Source: Candidatus Sulfopaludibacter sp. (GTDB lineage: Bacteria; Acidobacteriota; Terriglobia; Bryobacterales; Bryobacteraceae). From it: a stretch of 64,000 nt of DNA. Position numbers and translations under genes: made by a program. Under the pieces are notes generated by a model, which was given only the letters and a program-made list of their open reading frames with translations, searched no databases and was not told the DNA's origin. This document shows positions 8,134-15,829 of the stretch, piece after piece. Each line of letters begins with the position of its first letter. Within the stretch, counting starts at the first letter, position 1. Location: assembly GCA_031292755.1 (NCBI GenBank), contig JARLGM010000008.1:21602-85601 (forward strand), read 5' to 3'.

Positions 8134-9423
8134 ATGCGACCCGCACTTCTGCTCTGCTTCGCCGCCGTATCGCTGGCACAGCCGCCCGCGAAGCCAGACG
8201 ATGTGCTGGCCCGCGCCCAGGCTCGCCTTGCGGACGCGGCTGCCGCCATCCTCAAATACACCTGCACACAGACTGTGGACCGCCGTTACTTCCGCGAAGC
8301 CCGCCAGGCGCCGCGAGCCTGCGATGTCATCGTGGCCAATCGGCGGAAGGGCCGTACCAGGCCGGTGCTTATGGCAACCGACCGGTTGCGCTTCGACGTG
8401 GAAGTGACCGACGGCGGATACGAGATCTACGCCTGGCCCGGGGCGGCGCGCATCGCCACCGAAAAGATCGAAGAGATGGCCGGAGGAGGACCGCTCGGCA
8501 CCGGACCGTTTGGCCCGTTTCTGATTGATATCTTCGCCAATCCCGCCGTGCAGTTTCAGTATTTGGGCACCAGCCCGCTGCTGGAGTATCGCTACCGCGT
8601 GCCGCTGGAAGCCAGCCACTACCGCGTGCAGGCCGGCGTCAAATGGCGGATGACCGGCTACGACGGCACGTTCCGGCTCGACCCCGCCTCCGCGCTCCTG
8701 AAACAACTTACCGTGCGAACTCTGGAACTGCCCGCGGACACGGGAAGCTGTGAGGCCACTACGGCGACGAATTTCGAGCTCCTGCGAATCGGCGACGGCG
8801 AGTATCTGATCCCGCGCCGGACGAATCTGCAGGTGATCGGCCGCGACGCCGGCTTCACCGAAAGCACCACGGTCTACTCGGCCTGCCACGAATTCCGCGG
8901 GGAATCCACGGTGCGCTTCGACAATCCCGCTCCGCAGGCGTCCTCCGGCCCTACATTCTCCGGCGTCGTTCACGCCCCCGCCCTGCCGCCGGGCCTGCCG
9001 GTACAACTTGCGCTCGATACGGAGATCGATACGGATCGCGCCGCCGCCGGCGACCCGGTTTCGGCCAGGCTCGACAAGCCGCTCGTCGATCCGGCCAATC
9101 AGCGCCTGCTCGCACCGGCCGGCGCTGTTGTCCGCGGCCGCATCACCCACATGGAGCACCACATCGAAGGCGAAAACTATTTCCTGATCGGATTTACTTT
9201 CGAAACGCTGGAAACGCCAGCCGCCACCCTGCCGCTGAATATCGTTCTCGACAGCCCGCACCAGGTCCAGGATCCCCGCACCCGAACCGGGCGCAGTGTA
9301 GTTACCACCGAATCGCGTACCGGCTTCCACGGAGGCGGAACCTTGCTCCTCCCGACTCGCGGGTCGCGGTGTCTTGTCCCGCGCGGGTACCCCTCCACCT
9401 GGATCACCCTGGCCCAGCCGTAG
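8134..9423 (+). CDS. Secreted hypothetical protein, translationally coupled to the upstream VWFA-related gene
   Basis: 429 aa with signal peptide MRPALLLCFAAVSLAQP. The junction is TGAATG (stop 8131-8133, ATG 8134). High GC3. No recognised catalytic motif. Confidence 0.75.
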   Translation: MRPALLLCFAAVSLAQPPAKPDDVLARAQARLADAAAAILKYTCTQTVDRRYFREARQAPRACDVIVANRRKGRTRPVLMATDRLRFDVEVTDGGYEIYAWPGAARIATEKIEEMAGGGPLGTGPFGPFLIDIFANPAVQFQYLGTSPLLEYRYRVPLEASHYRVQAGVKWRMTGYDGTFRLDPASALLKQLTVRTLELPADTGSCEATTATNFELLRIGDGEYLIPRRTNLQVIGRDAGFTESTTVYSACHEFRGESTVRFDNPAPQASSGPTFSGVVHAPALPPGLPVQLALDTEIDTDRAAAGDPVSARLDKPLVDPANQRLLAPAGAVVRGRITHMEHHIEGENYFLIGFTFETLETPAATLPLNIVLDSPHQVQDPRTRTGRSVVTTESRTGFHGGGTLLLPTRGSRCLVPRGYPSTWITLAQP

Positions 9424-9437
9424 GAAGGCGCCCGCGC

Positions 9438-11861
9438 TCAGTCCGACCGGAGAGTCTCCGCCGGATCCATCCGCAGAATCCGTGCCCCGGCGGCCAGGCT
9501 GCTGCCGGCCGCCACCAGCAGAAGCAGAACCGCCATCGCCAGGAACGTCAGCGGATCTCCCGGACCCACGCCGAACAGCAGGTGCTCCAGGAAACGCACA
9601 GCGAAGCGGGCCAGCACCAGACCCGCGCCGATTCCCAAAGCCGCCAGGCGCAAGCCGGGCATCGCCAGGTGCGCCAGCGTCTGTCTGACCGGTGCGCCCA
9701 GCGCGATACGCACACCGAGTTCATGTCGCCGCCGGGTGATGGCCTGCGAAATCGTGCCGTAGATCCCGATCGCCGCCAGCAGCACCGCCAGCCCGGCCAG
9801 CACCGCAAACAGGCTCGCCAGGTATCGCTGCCCGCCGGTGTACTGCTCCGCGAACTGTGCAATCGTTTTGATAGGCGAAAGCGGCAGCCCGGCATCCACT
9901 GCCATCACCGCGGCTTGCACTTGCGTTTCCAGCGTGCCCGGCGCGCCATGCACGCGCATTGCCCACTTGGGCGAGAACCAACGGTGCGCCCCTGTCAGGA
10001 AGATGCCGGACAACTGCGCCACCGGAAGGTAGACCGTGGGATCCATCGAGACCGGCAGGCCGGCCTGGTTCAACGAGCTGTGCTGTTGCACGTCGCCCAC
10101 CACACCGACAATCTCGCGCGCCTGTTCGTCGATTTGCAGATGGCGTCCCAGGGCGTTTTCGGCTCCGTGAAAATATCTGCGGGCGAAAGATTCGCTCACC
10201 ACCGCCACCGCGCCGGCTTCCGCATTGTCACGCGCCGATACCGTGCGCCCCAGCAGCAGCGGAATCCGCATGGTCTCGAAGTAGCCCGGCGTCAGGTACA
10301 CCATTTCGGCCATGGCGTGGCGGCGGCTTTCGCCATCCAATGCAAGAAAGCTGTCATTCATCGGCCGCTCGTAGGGCAGGGTCAGCGCCACCGCGGCCGA
10401 TTCGACCCCAGGCAGACGGCGGATGCGCTCCAGGCTGGCGGTGAACAGATGGTTGATCGACTCGGGGCTCTGGTAACGGCGGTCCTGCAGTGACGCCTCC
10501 GCGGCCATGACGTTGCGCGGATCGAATCCGGGAGCCAGGCCGGTGGTATAACTCAGGCTGCGCACCAGCAGGCCGGCGGTCACCAGCAGCACCAGGCTCA
10601 GCGCCACTTCCCCCGCCACCAGCGCGTTCTCCGGCCATCGCCGACGCCTGCCGGCGATGCTCCGGCCGGCTTCCATCAGCACCGCGCGCACATCCAGCCG
10701 GCTGATCCGGATCGCCGGGAACAATCCAAACAGCACGCCGGTCAGCGCGGTGATTCCCAACATGGCCAGCATCACGCGCGCGTCCAGTTCAATCGCCCGC
10801 CAGCGCTCGAAATCCTGCGCGCCCAGGCTGCGCAGCCAGTCGAGCGAAAAGGCTCCCACCGCGATTCCTACCGCGCAGCCGCCCAGCGCCAGCACCAGGC
10901 TTTCGGCCAGCAACTGCCGGACGATGCGCCACCGGCTGCCGCCCAGTGCCAGGCGTGTGGCAATCTCCCGCCGCCGCGCTCCGCTGCGCGCCAGCAGCAG
11001 CCCGGCAATATTGGCGCAGCCGATCGCCAGCACCGTCAGCACCGCTGCCCAGGTGATCAGCAACTCCCCGCGCACGCCGCCGGTCATGGCGTCCTGGTAG
11101 GGCGCCAGGCGCGCTTCGATCACCGGAAAGGTCCTGGGAAATCCCGGCATCTGCGTCAGAAAATGACTCACCGCGGTGAGTTGACCGCCGGCTTCCGCCC
11201 ACGAGACCCCCGGACGCAGACGCGAAATCACGGTGTAGTTTTGACCCGCGCCTTCGTCTTGCCGCGAGGGCCTCAGCGGCGTCCACACATCCACCGGAGT
11301 TTCCGTCCGAAACCCGCGCGGCATGATGCCCGTGACTTGGAACGGCTCGCCGCGCAGCAGAATGGTCTTGCCTACCGCGCCGGAATTGCCGCCCAGTTCC
11401 CGCCGCCAGAATTCGTGACTCACCACCGCCAGGGCCGGGCCGTCCGGCACATCTTCGGCGCGCGTGAATTCTCTTCCCCGCGCCGGCGCGACGCCTAACA
11501 CGCGGAAGAAGCCGGCCGAAACACGCTGCTGCCGCACCACCGCCAGCCGTCCGCCCGCCGCGAAATTCGCCGCCGTGATGGCGCCGGAATAAGCCGCGGT
11601 GTCTAACCCGGGGGCGCCATCGCGCACCATTTCGAACAACGCGCCGGTTTGCGCCTCCTGCGTCCCCTGGCCCGCCTGCGTCACGATCAGTCCCAGGCGA
11701 TCCGCTTCCGGATACGGCAGGGGCCGCAGCAGTACCGCGTCCAGAACACTGTAGACAGCCGTGTTGGCGCCGATGCACAGCCCGAGCGTGGCGAGGACAA
11801 TGGCCGTGAACGCCGGACTTTTCCGGAGCTGGCGCAACCCGAATCGAATGTCTTTCCACAC
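9438..11861 (-). CDS. ADOP-family duplicated MacB/FtsX-like orphan permease (TIGR03434-like)
   Basis: 807 aa with a GTG start. Hallmark N-terminus MWKDIRFGLRQLRKSPAFTAIVLATLGLCIGANTAVYSVLDAVLLRPLPYPEADRL. There are two MacB-type periplasmic domain + FtsX 4-TM repeats and no adjacent ATPase. Confidence 0.9.
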   Translation of the reverse strand: MWKDIRFGLRQLRKSPAFTAIVLATLGLCIGANTAVYSVLDAVLLRPLPYPEADRLGLIVTQAGQGTQEAQTGALFEMVRDGAPGLDTAAYSGAITAANFAAGGRLAVVRQQRVSAGFFRVLGVAPARGREFTRAEDVPDGPALAVVSHEFWRRELGGNSGAVGKTILLRGEPFQVTGIMPRGFRTETPVDVWTPLRPSRQDEGAGQNYTVISRLRPGVSWAEAGGQLTAVSHFLTQMPGFPRTFPVIEARLAPYQDAMTGGVRGELLITWAAVLTVLAIGCANIAGLLLARSGARRREIATRLALGGSRWRIVRQLLAESLVLALGGCAVGIAVGAFSLDWLRSLGAQDFERWRAIELDARVMLAMLGITALTGVLFGLFPAIRISRLDVRAVLMEAGRSIAGRRRRWPENALVAGEVALSLVLLVTAGLLVRSLSYTTGLAPGFDPRNVMAAEASLQDRRYQSPESINHLFTASLERIRRLPGVESAAVALTLPYERPMNDSFLALDGESRRHAMAEMVYLTPGYFETMRIPLLLGRTVSARDNAEAGAVAVVSESFARRYFHGAENALGRHLQIDEQAREIVGVVGDVQQHSSLNQAGLPVSMDPTVYLPVAQLSGIFLTGAHRWFSPKWAMRVHGAPGTLETQVQAAVMAVDAGLPLSPIKTIAQFAEQYTGGQRYLASLFAVLAGLAVLLAAIGIYGTISQAITRRRHELGVRIALGAPVRQTLAHLAMPGLRLAALGIGAGLVLARFAVRFLEHLLFGVGPGDPLTFLAMAVLLLLVAAGSSLAAGARILRMDPAETLRSD

Positions 11862-12193
11862 GGCCGTTGGTTTAAATCAGCATCCAACATACCAGATCGG
11901 TTGTTAGGAAACGGCAGGAGTTAGGCTGACGCGCGGTCCGCGGACTGTTCGCTTGCGGGAAGCCGTGGACGATAACAGTAGCGCGGTATTCTTTTCCACC
12001 CGCTTTCGGTGCATAACGGCACTTATACATCTTCTATGCGCCTTGTATGGGTTCGATGCCGCTGATATAGTCAAAGTTCAGACGTTTTGCGCGGCACTCG
12101 CTGGCGCCTCGTGATGCACCACCCTTGCTCGGTCAGCCCTGTCCCCCGCTCCTCCATGCCGCAAATAATTAACTAGAGAACGGAGCCGCGTTC

Positions 12194-12216
12194 GGCGGAC
12201 TACTAGTTGGTCCGCC
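12194..12216. other. Perfect 7-bp inverted repeat (GGCGGAC-N9-GTCCGCC) in a long, lower-GC intergenic region
   Basis: Read directly: GGCGGAC 12194-12200 and GTCCGCC 12210-12216. It lies 34 nt upstream of the receiver-domain gene and has no U-tract. Confidence 0.3.
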
Positions 12217-12249
12217 AATTGCTCTTCAACTTGGGAAAGAGAGTAATTT

Positions 12250-12678
12250 ATGACTGAGCTCGCGCATCGACCGAACATTTCCGCCCTTCTCGTGGGTGAA
12301 TACTCTTCCGAACGGATCCTGGTGCAAGACGTCTTCCGGAAGTGCGGCTGGCGGCTCTTCGAAGCGCGGAACCGTCGTCGCGCGCTGCATTCCCTGGAGC
12401 AGAACGAAGTCCATGTGGTAATCGCGGAAAGCGACCTGCCCAAATGGAACTGGCGAAAAGTGCTCTCCGACCTCCGCCGCCTGGCGCTTCCGCCGCAGTT
12501 GGTGGTCACGTCGCGGACCGCCGACGAGCACCTCTGGGCCGAGGTGCTGAATGTCGGCGCATACGATGTTCTGGCGCAGCCCCTGGACCGTGAAGAAGTA
12601 GAACGCGTGGTCGCCGCCGCCTCCCGCCAGTTCGAACAGCAGCGGCTCCGGCAGAGGCCTGCTGCCTTTCACGCCTGA
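12250..12678 (+). CDS. Stand-alone receiver-domain protein (CheY-like) with degenerate active-site residues
   Basis: 142 aa with receiver topology: ALLVGEYSS (beta1), VVIAESDLP (beta3, with Asp), LVVTSRT (beta4), GAYDVLAQP (beta5). The usual DD pair reads EY, and the conserved beta5 Lys reads Gln. Confidence 0.75.
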   Translation: MTELAHRPNISALLVGEYSSERILVQDVFRKCGWRLFEARNRRRALHSLEQNEVHVVIAESDLPKWNWRKVLSDLRRLALPPQLVVTSRTADEHLWAEVLNVGAYDVLAQPLDREEVERVVAAASRQFEQQRLRQRPAAFHA

Positions 12679-12795
12679 TTCGGGGGAGTTCGCCCCGGCG
12701 GGCCAACCGCACTTTTTTCACTTTTCCCCTTGACACGAATTCGTACCTTTTTGTCCGCGGAACTGTGCGCTTCGGAACCGAGTCCTGTAACTGCT

Positions 12796-12843
12796 ACACG
12801 CAGCATATAGATAAACTTCTTGACCTCACACCATATATTGGGG
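12796..12843 (+). promoter_or_regulatory. Tandem NrdR-box-like sites upstream of the class II RNR gene
   Basis: Box 2, ACACCATATATTGGGG (12828-12843), matches about 12/16 of the NrdR palindrome acaCwAtATaTwGtgt. Box 1, ACACGCAGCATATAGA (12796-12811), matches about 8/16. The centres are 32 bp apart, which is the usual phasing. TATATT (12834-12839) could be the -10. Confidence 0.45.
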
Positions 12844-12892
12844 CAACATTACGGAGGCGCTTCTTTCCAGCAGAAATCTCCGGAGGATCATT

Positions 12893-15730
12893 ATGGGCCA
12901 GCTTTCAGTCGATTTGAGTGCGAAAATGGAATCATTGAGGACCAGGAATCTTACCAAAACCAAGACGGGAATCAGCTTTCCCCGCTACTTCACGGCTCGC
13001 CTGGAGGCGGGCAAAACTCCTTACGACGAGATTCACTGGGAGACCCGAACCGCCTCGATCGGTAACGACAAGGGCTCGGTAATTTTCGAACAGCGCGACG
13101 TGGAAGTGCCCATGGAGTGGTCGCAGACCGCCACCAACATCGTCGCCAGCAAATACTTTTACGGTAAGCTCGGGTCGCCCGAGCGTGAAACCAGCGTCGG
13201 GCAGTTGGTACAGCGCGTGGTGGACACCATCACCGGCTGGGGCAAGAAAGACGGCTATTTTAAGAGCCACGAAGATGGTGAGAACTTCGGCCTGGAGCTG
13301 GCCCACCTGATGCTCACCCAGAAGGCCTGCTTCAATTCGCCGGTCTGGTTCAATGTGGGCGTCAAAGAGACGCGCGGCTATGGTTGGATCTACGACGAGA
13401 ATGCCGACCGGGTGGCCAAGCTCGAGTCCGGCGTGCTGCGCCCGCAGTGCTCCGCCTGCTTCATCGTATCGGTAAAGGATTCGCTGGAATCCATCCTGGA
13501 TCTGGCCAAAACCGAAGGCATGCTGTTCAAGTGGGGCTCCGGCACGGGCTCCAACCTTTCCGCCCTGCGCGAAGAAGATGCCGTGCTCTCCGGCGGCGGC
13601 CGCGCCTCCGGGCCGCTCTCTTTCATGAAAGGCTTTGACGCCTTCGCGGGCGTAATCAAAAGCGGCGGCAAGACGCGCCGCGCGGCCAAAATGGTGATCC
13701 TCAATGTGGATCACTCGGACGTAGAGAAGTTCATCTGGTGCAAGGCCAAGGAAGAGAAAAAGGCCTATACCCTGGTGGAAGCCGGCTATGATGCGTCGCT
13801 GGATGGCGAAGCCTACAGCTCCGTCTTCTTCCAGAACGCCAACAATTCCGTCCGCGCCACCGACGATTTTATGGAGGCGGTAGTGTCAGATGGCGAATGG
13901 TGGACAAAAGCCGTTGCCACTGGACAGCCGGTAAAGCGTTACAAGGCGCGCGAGCTGATGCGCCAGATCGCCGAAGCCACCCACCAGTGCGGCGACCCCG
14001 GCATGCAGTTCGATACCACCGTGAACCGCTGGCATCCCTGCCGGAATACCGCGCGCATCAACGCATCGAATCCCTGTTCGGAATACATGTTCCTGGACGA
14101 TTCGGCGTGCAACCTGTCTTCCCTCAACCTGATGAAATTCGTGGGTCCCGACGGGCAGTTCGACGTGGAAGCCTTCCGCCACGCCGTGGACACCATGATC
14201 CTGGCGCAGGAAATCATCGTCGATAACGCCAGCTACCCCACCCAGAAGATCGGCGAAAACTCCCATGCCTTCCGGCCGCTCGGTCTGGGGTTCGCCAACC
14301 TGGGTGCACTGCTGATGTCCATGGGCGTTCCCTATGACAGCGACCAGGGCCGCGATTTCTCCGCCGCGATCACGGCGGTGATGTGCGGGCAGGCGTACCT
14401 CACCAGCTCCCGCGTGGCCGAAAGCGTGGGCACCTTCGCCGGCTATGCGGTCAACGAGCAGCCTTTCCTGGAAGTGATCCGTATGCACCGCGATGCGGTC
14501 TCGCGCATCGACAAGCATCGGGTGCCCGCCGCGTTGTATCAGGGCGCGCAGCAGTGCTGGGACGACGCTTACGAATCGGGACGCCGCAATGGGTACCGCA
14601 ACGCGCAGGTCACCGTGATCGCCCCCACCGGCACCATCGGCTTCATGATGGATTGCGATACCACCGGCATTGAACCGGACCTGGCGCTCATCAAATACAA
14701 AAAGCTGGTGGGCGGCGGCGTCATCAAGATCGTCAACAACACCGTACCGGCCGCGCTCATCAAACTGGGCTACACCACCCAGCAGGCCGAGCGCATTGTC
14801 AGCCACATCGATGCCACCGGCACCATCGAAGGCGCGCCGGACCTGAAGCCGGAGCACCTGGCGGTATTCGATTGCAGCTTCCGCCCGCAGAACGGCGCGC
14901 GGTCTATCCATTACATGGGCCACGTGCGCATGATGGCGGCGGTGCAGCCCTTCATTTCGGGGGCCATTTCCAAGACCATCAACATGCCCGAGGAGTCCAC
15001 GGTGGAACAGATCATGGACGCCTACACCGAAAGCTGGAAGCTGGGGCTGAAAGCGGTGGCCATCTATCGCGATAACTCCAAGAAGGTGCAGCCGCTCAGT
15101 TCCGGTTCGGGCAAGAATGAGAAGCGCGCATCCGGCGCCGCTCCTTCCGGCGCCACGGCCGAAACGGCCCAGGTAGTGGAGAAAGTGGTCTACCGCCCGG
15201 TGCGCCGCAAGCTGCCGGATGAGCGCAAGTCCATCACTCACAAGTTTTCCATCGGCGGGCACGAAGGCTACATCACCGTCGGTATGTATGACGATGGCGC
15301 GCCGGGCGAAGTGTTTATCACCATGGCCAAGGAAGGCTCCACCATTTCCGGTCTGATGGATTCCATCGCCACCGCCGTGAGCTTCAACCTGCAATACGGC
15401 GTACCGTTGAAGTTCCTGGTGGACAAGTTCGCCCACGTTCGCTTCGAGCCCAGCGGCTGGACCGGCAATCCCCAGATACCCTATGCCAAATCCATCATGG
15501 ATTATATGTTCCGCTGGATAGGCGCCAAGTTCCTGGGGCCGGAGTATGCCGTGACCGAAGCCGGAGAAACTACCGTTCTGCGGCCCACCGAAGCCGATCC
15601 GCAACAGCAGTTGCCCTTCGCCACGGTAGCCGCCGACGCTCCCCTGTGTGCCGAGTGCGGGTCCATCATGACCCGCAACGGCAGTTGCTATAAGTGCGGC
15701 AATTGCGGCGGCACCAGCGGCTGCAGCTAA
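12893..15730 (+). CDS. nrdJ: Adenosylcobalamin-dependent (class II) ribonucleoside-diphosphate reductase
   Basis: 945 aa with SD GGAGG at 12882-12886. Motifs are class II RNR-typical: PQCSACFI, GSGTGSNLSALR, NPCSEYMFLDDSACNL, and a C-terminal Cys cluster CAECGSIMTRNGSCYKCGNCG. Confidence 0.93.
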   Translation: MGQLSVDLSAKMESLRTRNLTKTKTGISFPRYFTARLEAGKTPYDEIHWETRTASIGNDKGSVIFEQRDVEVPMEWSQTATNIVASKYFYGKLGSPERETSVGQLVQRVVDTITGWGKKDGYFKSHEDGENFGLELAHLMLTQKACFNSPVWFNVGVKETRGYGWIYDENADRVAKLESGVLRPQCSACFIVSVKDSLESILDLAKTEGMLFKWGSGTGSNLSALREEDAVLSGGGRASGPLSFMKGFDAFAGVIKSGGKTRRAAKMVILNVDHSDVEKFIWCKAKEEKKAYTLVEAGYDASLDGEAYSSVFFQNANNSVRATDDFMEAVVSDGEWWTKAVATGQPVKRYKARELMRQIAEATHQCGDPGMQFDTTVNRWHPCRNTARINASNPCSEYMFLDDSACNLSSLNLMKFVGPDGQFDVEAFRHAVDTMILAQEIIVDNASYPTQKIGENSHAFRPLGLGFANLGALLMSMGVPYDSDQGRDFSAAITAVMCGQAYLTSSRVAESVGTFAGYAVNEQPFLEVIRMHRDAVSRIDKHRVPAALYQGAQQCWDDAYESGRRNGYRNAQVTVIAPTGTIGFMMDCDTTGIEPDLALIKYKKLVGGGVIKIVNNTVPAALIKLGYTTQQAERIVSHIDATGTIEGAPDLKPEHLAVFDCSFRPQNGARSIHYMGHVRMMAAVQPFISGAISKTINMPEESTVEQIMDAYTESWKLGLKAVAIYRDNSKKVQPLSSGSGKNEKRASGAAPSGATAETAQVVEKVVYRPVRRKLPDERKSITHKFSIGGHEGYITVGMYDDGAPGEVFITMAKEGSTISGLMDSIATAVSFNLQYGVPLKFLVDKFAHVRFEPSGWTGNPQIPYAKSIMDYMFRWIGAKFLGPEYAVTEAGETTVLRPTEADPQQQLPFATVAADAPLCAECGSIMTRNGSCYKCGNCGGTSGCS

Positions 15731-15768
15731 GACATTTTTTCGCTCGCTACAACGATGGGAGAGCCTCC

Positions 15769-15808
15769 GCCGCTCTCCGGCTCAATCCCGCCGGAGAGCG
15801 GCTTTTTT
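15769..15808 (+). terminator. Rho-independent terminator of nrdJ
   Basis: A perfect 12-bp stem, GCCGCTCTCCGG (15769-15780) / CCGGAGAGCGGC (15791-15802), with a 10-nt loop, followed by TTTTTT (15803-15808). Confidence 0.85.
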
Positions 15809-15829
15809 GTTGCGTGAAATGGCTCGCTG

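Noticed and set aside
6697-9330. 877-aa minus-strand ORF spanning the VWFA-related and downstream genes
   Set aside because: It runs antisense to two genes with clear family motifs and signal peptides. Its translation is Arg/Gly/Ala-rich low-complexity sequence, typical of stop-free antisense frames in high-GC DNA.
12049-12060. GGTTCGATGCC, resembling a tRNA T-loop, in the long intergenic region
   Set aside because: The flanks cannot form a T-stem (no complement to the 5 nt preceding TTCGA). No acceptor or anticodon arms could be drawn.
12078-12672. Minus-strand ORFs 12078-12509 and 12226-12672
   Set aside because: They run antisense to the receiver-domain gene, which has a clear fold pattern. 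Their translations are Arg/Ser-rich with no motifs.
12681-12725. Short hairpins (CGGGG-N7-CCCCG, GCGG-N5-CCGC) followed by TTTTTT after the receiver gene
   Set aside because: The stems are only 4-5 bp, and the stronger one is separated from the T-run. This is too weak to call a terminator with confidence.
12679-12892. Possible cobalamin riboswitch upstream of nrdJ; also an FMN riboswitch upstream of ribD
   Set aside because: I could not find the conserved B12-box-like core or a plausible multi-stem structure by eye, and B12-dependent RNRs are not the usual targets. ribD has no upstream non-coding space at all. A covariance-model scan would be needed to exclude either formally.
13886-15604. 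572-aa minus-strand ORF inside nrdJ. Similar long antisense or off-frame ORFs occur at 1435-2871, 5146-6591, 16139-17434, 21331-22773, 40722-42023, 58409-60259 and 62630-63877.
   Set aside because: All overlap genes with strong motif support on the other strand or in another frame, and all translate to low-complexity Arg/Gly/His-rich sequence.
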